Shown piece by piece: positions 11,327 through 19,590 of a stretch of 64,000 nucleotides of DNA. The position numbers and the translations under genes are program-made. Every line of letters starts with the position of its first letter. Within the stretch, counting starts at the first letter, position 1. The stretch covers positions 2,754 to 66,753 of the forward strand of contig CAIRFN010000013.1 of assembly GCA_903877885.1 (NCBI GenBank), read 5' to 3'. The notes beneath the pieces are model-generated. The model was not told the origin of the DNA and did not search any database. It saw nothing but the letters and a program-made list of their open reading frames with translations. Origin of the DNA: an uncultured Candidatus Berkelbacteria bacterium (GTDB lineage: Bacteria; Patescibacteriota; UBA1384; UBA12157).

Positions 11327-11551
11327 ATGACAGAACCTTTTTCTTGTTTTTTATGTGGTAGCGAAAAATTAGCAAATGGCGATTGTGCCAGCGTTAATTG
11401 TAGTTCAAATAAAAATAAATTTTATATCGGTGTTAAATCAACTGGAGGAAAAGATATCTTCTCTCCACCACTTGAGCACAATCCTTATATCAACATATTA
11501 GGCCCATATAAAACCAAAGAAAAAGCGAAGAAGATGTTGGATAAGCTATGA
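11327..11551 (+). CDS. small zinc-ribbon protein (hypothetical)
   Basis: CFLCG...CASVNC Cys4 motif; GGAGG RBS 8 nt upstream of ATG at 11327; 3' end overlaps the convergent uvrB stop. Confidence 0.4.
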   Translation: MTEPFSCFLCGSEKLANGDCASVNCSSNKNKFYIGVKSTGGKDIFSPPLEHNPYINILGPYKTKEKAKKMLDKL

Positions 11552-13543
11552 GATTTTAATTTTCTTTAGTTGATTAATTTCATCTCTAATTATCGCCGCC
11601 TGTTCGAACTGCAAGTTCTGGGCGGCATTTTTCATTTCTTTTTCTTTAGCTTTAATGATTTTCGGTAGGTCTGATAGATCCTTCACTTCGTTCAGGATGA
11701 CAGAAAGGTCGGTTTGCGCTGCTTTTTCTGTCAGTTCATGATCGATAATTGATTCGATATTTTTTTGAATTGTTTGTGGCGTAATATTGTGATCTTTATT
11801 ATATTGAGTTTGAATTTTGCGACGACGTTCAGTTTCATCAATCGCCCTTTTCATCGACCCGGTAATGTTGTCAGCATACAAAATCACTTTGCCGGAAACA
11901 TTTCGGGCCGCCCGACCGATAGTTTGAATTAGAGAAACATCAGACCGCAAAAAACCTTCTTTGTCCGCATCTAAAATGGCAACCAGTGTAACTTCCGGTA
12001 AATCCAAACCTTCGCGAAGGAGGTTTACGCCAACCAAACAATCGAACTCACCACGACGTAAATTTTCCAAAATTCCGACACGGTCAAGTGTTTGAATATC
12101 GGAATGTAAATATTCGGCTTTAACATCGGCTTCTTTTAAGTATTCCGATAATTGTTCAGCCATTTTTTTAGTAATAGTGGTAACCAAAATTCGTTCATGA
12201 TTTTTGGCCCGAACTTTAATTTCTTCGATCAAATCTTGAATTTGATTTTCCGCTGGCCGAATTTCTAATTCCGGATCAATCAAACCAGTTGGACGAATAA
12301 TTTGTTCAACAATATTGTTTTTGGATTTTTCATGTTCGTATTTACCGGGCGTGGCCGAGGTGAAAATGACTTGCGGAATACGGGTCTCAAATTCGTCAAA
12401 TTTAAGCGGTCGATTATCAAAGGCACTCGGAAGTCTAAATCCGTTTTCGACTAATGATTCTTTGCGCGCTCGGTCGCCTGCATACATACCACCGATTTGC
12501 GGCACAGTCACATGCGATTCATCAATCACCATCAAAAAATCTGGCTTACCATTCGTATCAACTGGAAAATATTCCAAAAGCGTATACGGCGCTTCGCCAG
12601 GAGCACGGTCAGTCATGTAGCGCGAATAGTTTTCTATTCCCGAACAATAACCGATTTCTTTCATCATTTCTAAATCAAAACGAGTGCGGCGTCTTAAACG
12701 CTCGGCTTCCAAAATTTTTCCATCTTTGGCAAATTCGGCCAAACGAATTTCTAAATCCTTTTCAATATTTTTAAGCGCGTCTTGCATTTTTGGATCTTCA
12801 ACCACAAAATGCTTGGATGCAAAAATGGTTGTTTCTTCCGGTGTGCCAATTTTTTTCATCGAAACAGCTTCAAATACAGCAATATTTTCCAAAATATCAT
12901 TGGTAAATTCCAATCGAAAAATAATATCTTGATCGACCGGCATAATTTCTATGGTCTGACCATGAACGCGAAACTTGCCGCGTTCGAGAATTTCACTGCG
13001 TGTAAAATACAAATCAATCAGTTGTTTAATAATCTCATTGCGATTATATTTTTGACCACGCTTTAAAAAAAGATAATTTGCGCGATAAGTTTTTGGATCG
13101 CCTAACCCGTAAATGCAAGAAACAGAACAGACAATAATCACGTCTTGGCGGGTCAAAAGTGCTTGAGTGGCGGCGTGGCGAAGTCGCTCAATTTCCTTGT
13201 TGATGTCGGCTTCCTTTTCAATATAGGTGTCGCTGGCTGCCATGTAAGCTTCTGGTTGATAATAATCATAGTAACTGACGAAATATTCAACCGCATTGTT
13301 TGGGAAAAAGGTGCGAAACTCGGAGCAAAGTTGGGCGGCCAAAGTTTTGTTGTGAGCAATTACCAAAGTTGGTTTTTGGATTTTTTCAATCACATTGGCA
13401 ATAGTGAAAGTTTTTCCCGATCCGGTCACGCCCAAAAGAGTCTGAAATTTTTCTCCAGACTTAATACCTTTGATCAACTTCTCAATTGCTTGAGGTTGGT
13501 CGCCAGCGGGCGCATATTTTGAATTGATTTTAAATTCCATATA
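11546..13543 (-). CDS. uvrB: excinuclease ABC subunit B
   Basis: GVTGSGKT Walker A, helicase motifs, C-terminal UVR domain; start set at MEFKINSKY (13543) with AAAGGA RBS, not the upstream in-frame ATG. Confidence 0.92.
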   Translation of the reverse strand, partial: YMEFKINSKYAPAGDQPQAIEKLIKGIKSGEKFQTLLGVTGSGKTFTIANVIEKIQKPTLVIAHNKTLAAQLCSEFRTFFPNNAVEYFVSYYDYYQPEAYMAASDTYIEKEADINKEIERLRHAATQALLTRQDVIIVCSVSCIYGLGDPKTYRANYLFLKRGQKYNRNEIIKQLIDLYFTRSEILERGKFRVHGQTIEIMPVDQDIIFRLEFTNDILENIAVFEAVSMKKIGTPEETTIFASKHFVVEDPKMQDALKNIEKDLEIRLAEFAKDGKILEAERLRRRTRFDLEMMKEIGYCSGIENYSRYMTDRAPGEAPYTLLEYFPVDTNGKPDFLMVIDESHVTVPQIGGMYAGDRARKESLVENGFRLPSAFDNRPLKFDEFETRIPQVIFTSATPGKYEHEKSKNNIVEQIIRPTGLIDPELEIRPAENQIQDLIEEIKVRAKNHERILVTTITKKMAEQLSEYLKEADVKAEYLHSDIQTLDRVGILENLRRGEFDCLVGVNLLREGLDLPEVTLVAILDADKEGFLRSDVSLIQTIGRAARNVSGKVILYADNITGSMKRAIDETERRRKIQTQYNKDHNITPQTIQKNIESIIDHELTEKAAQTDLSVILNEVKDLSDLPKIIKAKEKEMKNAAQNLQFEQAAIIRDEINQLKKIKIS
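11672..11702. repeat. MITE-family segment embedded in frame in uvrB (encodes SVILNEVKDLSD)
   Basis: tgatagatccttcacttcgttcaggatgacag shares 27 of 33 nt with the iscS-embedded copy at 51215-51243 and ends in the family TIR gatgaca. Confidence 0.55.
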
Positions 13544-13553
13544 TCCTTTGTTA

Positions 13554-13584
13554 TTCCGGTCAGGTTGGCAACCTAGAACCGGAA
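13554..13584. promoter_or_regulatory. nested palindrome upstream of uvrB (ttccggtc-AGGTTGgcCAACCT-ag-aaccggaa), candidate operator
   Basis: 7-bp outer and 6-bp inner perfect inverted repeats located 11-40 nt upstream of the uvrB start. Confidence 0.35.
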
Positions 13585-13631
13585 TCCAGTTCCCTGTTAT
13601 TCTATCACAAATCCCCAAATTTATCCACATG

Positions 13632-13700
13632 TTGACATCAAGAGAGAGAGAGTAAATTTAAGGTGGAAGGGATCACCTTTCTAAAATTAAATAAGAGGAG
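13632..13700 (+). promoter_or_regulatory. promoter/leader of paralog A: TTGACA, (AG)6 repeat, TAAATT, conserved leader hairpin AAGGTGgaagggatCACCTT, AGAGGAGG RBS
   Basis: About 85% identical to 29609-29688 except for (AG)n repeat number. Confidence 0.5.
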
Positions 13701-13707
13701 GCAAACC

Positions 13708-14472
13708 ATGTCAGACGAAACTTTACAACCGGAAGATGTAGAAAATTTTGTAGCACAAACTAATAATGCGCAAGCAATAGAAACAACAGAGAAAGTTAGA
13801 ACTAGAGAATCAGAGATTCAAACCAATATTGATTTCTGGAAAAACTTGGCATTAGAAGGTATAGAAGTTAATGAAAATGAAATTCGAGCCGCTATTGAAG
13901 TCCTACCAGAAGTCGAAGGGTTTGACTGGTATATCGCCATTCCTGAAGGTGTCAAAACGTCCGAGGTTTGGCAAAAAGTAATCACGCGTTATCCCAACGA
14001 TCCGTCTTTAAATGAATTAAATGGTCTAAAATTGCCACGCGAAACCAAAGAAACCTTTGCTGTGGCTGCCAGGTACAGCAAAAAACCAGACGCTGTCCGC
14101 GAAGAAGGACTAGTCAAATCAGCCAAGGATTGGGAGCGATCAATGTCGGTCTATGAGTCTCCAAATTGGGAAATAGCTGAACACACCTACATGTCTCCCT
14201 TGGAAAGAGTAGTGGCAGAACTGCGCTGGAACGCTGAAAACGGCACTCATTTAGATGAAGGAGATGAGATCACTTTTTGTCCCGGGTCCCGGACAACTGA
14301 CGGTCGTGTCCTTGGCATGCACTTTAACACCTTATATAACAATTGCACCTTCAATAGTTATGATCCTTCCACTAAAAAATGGAATTTAAGAGTCCGCCAG
14401 GTCGTAACTAAAGACACTAAAGTTGAATCAAATACTAATTTCTTTGAACAACGGCCATATCCTACAAAATAG
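13708..14472 (+). CDS. hypothetical protein, paralog A of duplicated family (start MSDETLQPE)
   Basis: N-terminal ~60 aa nearly identical to the 29689 ORF; conserved motifs FDW.IAIP.G, AARYS, C.GSRT.DG, TKDTK; no known domain recognised. Confidence 0.6.
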   Translation: MSDETLQPEDVENFVAQTNNAQAIETTEKVRTRESEIQTNIDFWKNLALEGIEVNENEIRAAIEVLPEVEGFDWYIAIPEGVKTSEVWQKVITRYPNDPSLNELNGLKLPRETKETFAVAARYSKKPDAVREEGLVKSAKDWERSMSVYESPNWEIAEHTYMSPLERVVAELRWNAENGTHLDEGDEITFCPGSRTTDGRVLGMHFNTLYNNCTFNSYDPSTKKWNLRVRQVVTKDTKVESNTNFFEQRPYPTK

Positions 14473-14538
14473 TCATGTAGCCCTGAACTTAACAAAAATG
14501 ACGCTATTACGTCTGAAACCCCGACTCAATAAATTTTA

Positions 14539-14580
14539 CCCGCAAAGCAATTCGAAAGAAACGCAATGCGGGTTTTTAAA
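14539..14580 (+). terminator. rho-independent terminator of paralog A
   Basis: cccgca...tgcggg hairpin + TTTTT; homologous terminator follows paralog B. Confidence 0.6.
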
Positions 14581-14657
14581 TTGAAATGATTTTATAGATT
14601 GCCACGCTTCCCGCCCGCCGGCGGATCGCTCGCAATGACAAAAAAATTATTTTTCTA

Positions 14658-14742
14658 ACCTGTCACAGCCCACTTCGGAAGTGGGCTATATGGTTAAAGT
14701 TTAGTCCGTTACCACCTGGGAGGTGGCAACATATGGTTAGAG
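14658..14742. repeat. REP doublet (agcccacttcggaagtgggct-atatggtta ; ccacctgggaggtgg-caacatatggtta)
   Basis: Two GC-rich hairpins each followed by ATATGGTTA; whole ~85-nt unit repeated at 30566-30651. Confidence 0.65.
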
Positions 14743-14744
14743 AA

Positions 14745-14779
14745 AAAATCTAATCAAAAAGGCTACCCAAGGGCAGCCC
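14745..14779 (-). terminator. terminator of small acidic-protein gene
   Basis: gggctgcccttgggtagcc hairpin followed by T-run on minus strand. Confidence 0.5.
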
Positions 14780-14804
14780 ATTTGATTTTTGTCTTCGATT
14801 TTAA

Positions 14805-14942
14805 CTATTCTGGCATGTCTTCTTCATCGGCTTCTTCTTCTGCGCCTTCGTCTTCTTCCGCGTCTTCTTCACCAGCAACTTCATCTTCTTCAGTTTCTTC
14901 TACTTCTTCTTCATCAACTTGTGGGGTCATATCATCTGTCAT
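14805..14942 (-). CDS. small highly acidic protein (45 aa, Glu/Asp-rich)
   Basis: ATG preceded by GGAGGT RBS at 5-nt spacing; MTDDMTPQVDEEEVEETEEDE...; followed by terminator; the plus-strand Ser-rich ORF 14782-14988 is its antisense artefact. Confidence 0.45.
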   Translation of the reverse strand: MTDDMTPQVDEEEVEETEEDEVAGEEDAEEDEGAEEEADEEDMPE

Positions 14943-15041
14943 GATACCTCCTGTTCGCCCTTTTCGTCAGACGAAAATCGGGCCTTAATCTTTATTTGAG
15001 CTTATTATCTCGAATTAGAATTAGCTTGTCAATAACCAATT

Positions 15042-16259
15042 TTACAGGTCAATTTCCGAAATTTTAACGATTTTTGTACCATCTACATCGGCGATTTCCA
15101 CGCCACCTTGCTCTAACGATTTTTTAGAAATAATGATGCGAGTTGGCGCGCCAACTAAGTCGGCTTCGGCAAACTTTTCACCAGCAGATGTGTCGCGATC
15201 GTCAAACAAAACGTCGAAACCTTTTTTAGTTAGATCGTCATAAATTTTTTCCGCTTCAGTATTTTCGCCTAAAGAAATTAGGTGTACATCAAACGGCGCC
15301 ACTTCTTTTGGCCAAACCATTTTATTTTTAGCCGAATCATAATAAACTTCGACAATTGTGGCCATCGATCGAGTCAGCCCAATACCATAACAGCCCATGA
15401 TAAAGATTTGCTCTTTACCATCCTTATCGGTAAATGTGGCATTCATCGGCGCCGACCATTTTGTTTTTAACGGAAAGATATTACCAACCTCCACTCCGCG
15501 GCTGACCAAAATTTTTCCGCCACAATCTGGACAATTATCACCTTCTTTAACTTCGGCAATTTCTTTATTGACTGCAAAATCACATTTATCACAATGATAA
15601 ATTGTGTCTTCGCCAACTTCGGTTAAAACTTGGAATTCATGCGAATACTTGGAAAAAATTCCTCCCGATGCCGCCACCAATTTGGCGTCCAGCCCTAAAC
15701 GCTTGAAAACATTGAAATAAGCTTGCTTAGATTTTTCATAAAAAACATTCAAATCTTCTTCCGAAGCATGAAAGCTATACATATCCTTCATGACAAATTC
15801 AATTCCTCGCAAAAGCCCAGATTTAGCCCTTGGCTCATTGCGAAATTTAGTTTGAATTTGATAAAGCGCCAACGGCAAATCTCGATATGATTTTATATGA
15901 TGTCTGACAATATCGATAATCTGCTCTTCATGTGTTGGCGCCAATAACATTTCTTTTTTACTACTATCGGTCAGTTTGAAAAATATATCAATTGCCGATT
16001 CCCACCGACCGGTTTCAACCCAAAGTTCTTTCGGTTGCAAGACATTCATTAATAATTCTTGACCGCCAAGCGCGTTCATTTCTTCTCGAACAATTTTTTC
16101 AATTTTTTTGTAAACCTTAAACCCAAGCGGCAATAAAGCATATGCTCCGGACATTTGTTTTTGCGCAAAACAAGCTCGGACAAAATAAGAAGCATTAATC
16201 GAGTCGGCGTCAGCCGGCGTTTCTTTCAGGGTTTTAAGAAATAATTTTGATTGAAGCAT
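15042..16259 (-). CDS. proS: prolyl-tRNA synthetase, compact form without INS editing domain
   Basis: Class II motifs; QIQTKFRNEPRAKSGLLRGIEFVMKDMYSFH matches ProRS motif 2 region; Cys4 segment HCDKCD...CPDCGG where the editing domain usually sits. Confidence 0.85.
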   Translation of the reverse strand: MLQSKLFLKTLKETPADADSINASYFVRACFAQKQMSGAYALLPLGFKVYKKIEKIVREEMNALGGQELLMNVLQPKELWVETGRWESAIDIFFKLTDSSKKEMLLAPTHEEQIIDIVRHHIKSYRDLPLALYQIQTKFRNEPRAKSGLLRGIEFVMKDMYSFHASEEDLNVFYEKSKQAYFNVFKRLGLDAKLVAASGGIFSKYSHEFQVLTEVGEDTIYHCDKCDFAVNKEIAEVKEGDNCPDCGGKILVSRGVEVGNIFPLKTKWSAPMNATFTDKDGKEQIFIMGCYGIGLTRSMATIVEVYYDSAKNKMVWPKEVAPFDVHLISLGENTEAEKIYDDLTKKGFDVLFDDRDTSAGEKFAEADLVGAPTRIIISKKSLEQGGVEIADVDGTKIVKISEIDL

Positions 16260-16268
16260 GATTTCTCC

Positions 16269-17327
16269 TTAGAAAAAGTTTTTTACATCTTTAAAAGTAA
16301 TGGCAATGAAAAGTAGAATCAGCAAGGCGAAACCGATTAAATGAATAATATTTTCGATTTCGGCTCGAACAACCTTGCGACGAAAGGTGCCTTCCAAAGC
16401 GAGAAATAAAATTTTGCCACCATCAAGCGCCGGAAATGGTAAAATATTCACAATTCCAAGGTTGATCGAAAGCAAAATTACTAATTGCAAAACATAAATC
16501 CAGCCAATTTTGATTGCTTGAGCGGTAAAGTTAAAAAGTCCAACCGGACCAACTACACCTTCGGCAGCCGCGCCAGCATGACCAGTGGTAAAAAAGCTTT
16601 TGATGATATTACCTAAAAAGCTAAACAAAGCACCGATGGCCAAACCAGTTTCCTTAATACTGGAAATAAAAGCTTGTCCAACCGGTTGTTTAACCTTGGT
16701 TATCGGCACGATACCGACGCCCAAGGGCGAATTAATATCGTTAGATAATTTGATTTTTAAATCTTTATTTTTACCATCGGCTTGAAGCGAAACCGTCACT
16801 TCTTGACCAAGATGCGAATGGGTAAATTGTTGCAAATCTGTGGTCGAGGAAAAGCCGTTGATAATGTTGTTTTCGCTAATTCCAGCCTGCGCCGCGGGCG
16901 AATTTGGATAAACATAAGTCACCATCACTTTTGATTCTTTAGTGCCAACCATATTTGCCGGGTCGGAAACAAGCGGCGTCATGCCAATAGAAAAACCAAT
17001 GGTCATTAAAACAATGGCCAAAATAAAGTTCATTATAACACCAGCCACCACCACTGCAATTCGCACCCGAACTTTTTTATGGTTGAATGAATCTGGACTT
17101 TTTGAATCTTCTTCCTCGCCCAAAAGTTTAACATAACCACCGAGCGGAATGGCGTTGATCGCATAAACCGTACCTTTTTTCTTCCAAGAAATTAATCGTG
17201 GCGGAAAACCAAAAGCGAACTCTTCCACTTTAATACCAAAAAGTTTGGCAACGATAAAATGACCAAACTCATGAACAAAAACGAGTACACCCAAGATTAC
17301 AATAAAAGTAATAATAGTTAAAAACAT
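16269..17327 (-). CDS. rseP: RIP metalloprotease RseP (site-2 protease, M50)
   Basis: HEFGHF zinc motif in TM1, PDZ-like middle region, LDGG motif. Confidence 0.85.
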   Translation of the reverse strand: MFLTIITFIVILGVLVFVHEFGHFIVAKLFGIKVEEFAFGFPPRLISWKKKGTVYAINAIPLGGYVKLLGEEEDSKSPDSFNHKKVRVRIAVVVAGVIMNFILAIVLMTIGFSIGMTPLVSDPANMVGTKESKVMVTYVYPNSPAAQAGISENNIINGFSSTTDLQQFTHSHLGQEVTVSLQADGKNKDLKIKLSNDINSPLGVGIVPITKVKQPVGQAFISSIKETGLAIGALFSFLGNIIKSFFTTGHAGAAAEGVVGPVGLFNFTAQAIKIGWIYVLQLVILLSINLGIVNILPFPALDGGKILFLALEGTFRRKVVRAEIENIIHLIGFALLILLFIAITFKDVKNFF

Positions 17328-17335
17328 AATTGTTT

Positions 17336-17893
17336 TTACATTGTCATTAATTCTTTTTCTTTGGCTTCGGCTAATTCCAGAATTTTTTTATTAAAATCAG
17401 CGATTTCTTTATTCAACATTTCTTCACCGCGATAGCGATCGTCTTCAGTTAAAACGCTTTCTTTAACCAAGCCCAAGATTTCTTTCCACGCTTCTTCGCG
17501 CAAATTTCTAAGCACAATGCGGCTAGCTTCCGCTTTTTGGTTAACAATTTTGACAAATTCTTTGCGACGTTCCTCGGTCATTGGCGGCAAAGAAATTCTA
17601 ACCACCCGACCATCGTTGGTCACGCCAACACCCAAATTAGCATTGCGAAGTGCGGTTTCAATATCGCCAAGAGAATTAACATCCCAAGGTTGAATCACAA
17701 TCAAAGTTGCCTCTGGCGTATTTACATTAGCCATATTTTTAAGCGGCGTTTGCGCGCCATAATAAGAAACCATAATATTATCAACCAGACCGGAACTAGC
17801 TTTGCCAGTCCGAATCGTTGAGAGTTCTTCTTTCATTTTACCGACAACTTCGTCCATTTTTGGTCGAAGTTTATTGATAATTGGTTGTAACAT
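17336..17893 (-). CDS. frr: ribosome recycling factor
   Basis: 185 aa, conserved Frr N-terminus and VRISLPPMTEERR segment. Confidence 0.93.
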   Translation of the reverse strand: MLQPIINKLRPKMDEVVGKMKEELSTIRTGKASSGLVDNIMVSYYGAQTPLKNMANVNTPEATLIVIQPWDVNSLGDIETALRNANLGVGVTNDGRVVRISLPPMTEERRKEFVKIVNQKAEASRIVLRNLREEAWKEILGLVKESVLTEDDRYRGEEMLNKEIADFNKKILELAEAKEKELMTM

Positions 17894-17912
17894 GGAACCT
17901 CCCTAAATTGAT

Positions 17913-18371
17913 CTATTTTTCTTCGCCTAATTCAAATCGCACAAAACGAGTCACTTGAATATTTTCGCGGATTTTACCAATCAAAGATTTGATGTAATCA
18001 TCAATTTTCATTGAGGAATCTAAAATATAATCTTGGCTTAAAAGTTCTTCAACATCTTTTGGGCTCATCGAAGCAATTTGCATCGCCAAGTTATGAGCCA
18101 TCGCTTTAAAATCAGCATTTTTAGCCACAAAATCGGATTCGCATTTGACTTCAATCAAAACGCCAATCTTGCCAGCATGAACATAACCTTCAACAATTCC
18201 TTCAGCGGTCGCCCGTTCGGCTTTCTTTTTAGCAATTGTACCGGCATTGGTAGCTAAAATCGCTTTGGCTTTATTAAAATCGTTCCCCGCTTCTTCGAGT
18301 GCTTTTTTACAATCCATAACGCCAGCGCCGGTTTCCTCGCGGAGTTTAGCAATATCTTCTGAAAGACTCAT
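17913..18371 (-). CDS. tsf: elongation factor Ts (short form)
   Basis: N-terminal UBA-like IAKLREETGAGVMDCKKAL; start set at MSLSED (18371), 1 nt after the rpsB stop; tsf follows rpsB as usual. Confidence 0.8.
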   Translation of the reverse strand: MSLSEDIAKLREETGAGVMDCKKALEEAGNDFNKAKAILATNAGTIAKKKAERATAEGIVEGYVHAGKIGVLIEVKCESDFVAKNADFKAMAHNLAMQIASMSPKDVEELLSQDYILDSSMKIDDYIKSLIGKIRENIQVTRFVRFELGEEK

Positions 18372-18372
18372 T

Positions 18373-19107
18373 TTATTTATTCTCCTTTTGTCCTTTTTCT
18401 TCAGTCTTTTTTTCTTTGATTTCTTCTTTTGGAGCCTGTTTTTTAACCCCAACAACAGTGCTGACTTCCTTCATAATTAGTTCAATTGATTTAACCGCTT
18501 CGTCATTAGCTGGAATCAAATAATCAATGCCGATTGGGTTAGCATCAGTATCAGCCAAAGCAATAACTGGAATATTCATTCTGTTAGCTTCATCAATGGC
18601 CAATTTTTCACGGTGCGCATCAACCACAAACAATAAATCTGGCAATTTCTTCATTTCTTTAACGCCGCCAAAAACACTGTGCAGTTTTTCCAAACGGTCA
18701 TTAACCAATTTTCGTTCTTTCTTGGTAATGGCATTGAATTTTGGCGATAAAATTTGGGCTTCTAAAGTTTCCATTTCGGTAATGCTTTTGCGCAAAGTTT
18801 CGTAATTGGTCAAAGTACCACCAAGCCAGCGATGAGTTACATATGGCATACCAGCAAGTTCGGCAATTTTTTGAACCTGATCTTTTGCTTGGCGTTTTGT
18901 ACCAACAAATAAAACGGTTTTACCGAGTTCAATTTCTTTTTTAAGATAATCAACAGCTGATTTTAACAACTCTTGAGTTTTATCGAGATCAATAATAAAG
19001 ACCCCTTCGCGTAAACCAAAAGTGTAATCTTTCATTTTTGGGTGACTGCGTTCTTTTTTGTGACCAAAATGCACACCCGCATCCAGTAAATCTAATAATT
19101 TCGGCAT
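18373..19107 (-). CDS. rpsB: 30S ribosomal protein S2
   Basis: LLDAGVHFGH, universal S2 motifs; start set at MPKLL (19107) by alignment to the S2 N-terminus; the ORF stays open upstream to 19296. Confidence 0.88.
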   Translation of the reverse strand: MPKLLDLLDAGVHFGHKKERSHPKMKDYTFGLREGVFIIDLDKTQELLKSAVDYLKKEIELGKTVLFVGTKRQAKDQVQKIAELAGMPYVTHRWLGGTLTNYETLRKSITEMETLEAQILSPKFNAITKKERKLVNDRLEKLHSVFGGVKEMKKLPDLLFVVDAHREKLAIDEANRMNIPVIALADTDANPIGIDYLIPANDEAVKSIELIMKEVSTVVGVKKQAPKEEIKEKKTEEKGQKENK

Positions 19108-19234
19108 AGTTTTGTGAAACCTTTCTTCTACGGATACTTTCATATCCCTGAAATATTTTTTGTTAGCTAAATCATACCATAGCTGTAAAGATTTGACAAG
19201 AGTATGTTTATTGTTCGCTAAAATGATTCTATGG

Positions 19235-19263
19235 TTGCAATATAACCTGATTTGTGTTAAGAT
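19235..19263 (+). promoter_or_regulatory. sigma70-type promoter TTGCAA-17-TAAGAT upstream of rpmE
   Basis: Spacing and hexamers in the divergent rpsB/rpmE intergenic region. Confidence 0.4.
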
Positions 19264-19281
19264 ATTTTTACAAGGAAAAAA

Positions 19282-19512
19282 ATGCAAAACATTCATCCAA
19301 AATACAATTCAAATGTCAAAGTAACCTGTTCTTGTGGCAACACTTTTGAAACCGGTTCAACTGTCGACTCAATTCATGTCGAAGTTTGTTCAGCGTGTCA
19401 TCCGTTTTACACTGGCACTCAAAAGTTTATTGACACTGCTGGCCGCGTTGACAAATTCAAGGCTAAAATGGAAAAAGCCAAAGAATTTGCTGCCAAATCA
19501 AAGAAAAAATAA
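19282..19512 (+). CDS. rpmE: 50S ribosomal protein L31 (zinc-binding type)
   Basis: CSCGN...[10 protein letters not shown] Cys4 motif and L31 signature. Confidence 0.9.
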   Translation: MQNIHPKYNSNVKVTCSCGNTFETGSTVDSIHVEVCSACHPFYTGTQKFIDTAGRVDKFKAKMEKAKEFAAKSKKK

Positions 19513-19590
19513 CAAGTTAGATATTAAAAAACGATTTACTCTATTTTAGTGAGTCGTTTTTTAGTATGATGAAAATAAAGAAGGATTAAT

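Noticed and set aside
14782-14988. Plus-strand 68-aa Ser-rich ORF
   Set aside because: It is the antisense of a well-formed minus-strand acidic-protein gene with RBS and terminator; the low-complexity Ser run is a GAA/GAG-repeat mirror artefact.
18372-18455. Lys-rich N-terminal extension of the tsf ORF (MLGLKNRLQKKKSKKKRLKKK...)
   Set aside because: It overlaps the rpsB 3' end in another frame, and the conserved EF-Ts N-terminus starts at MSLSED.
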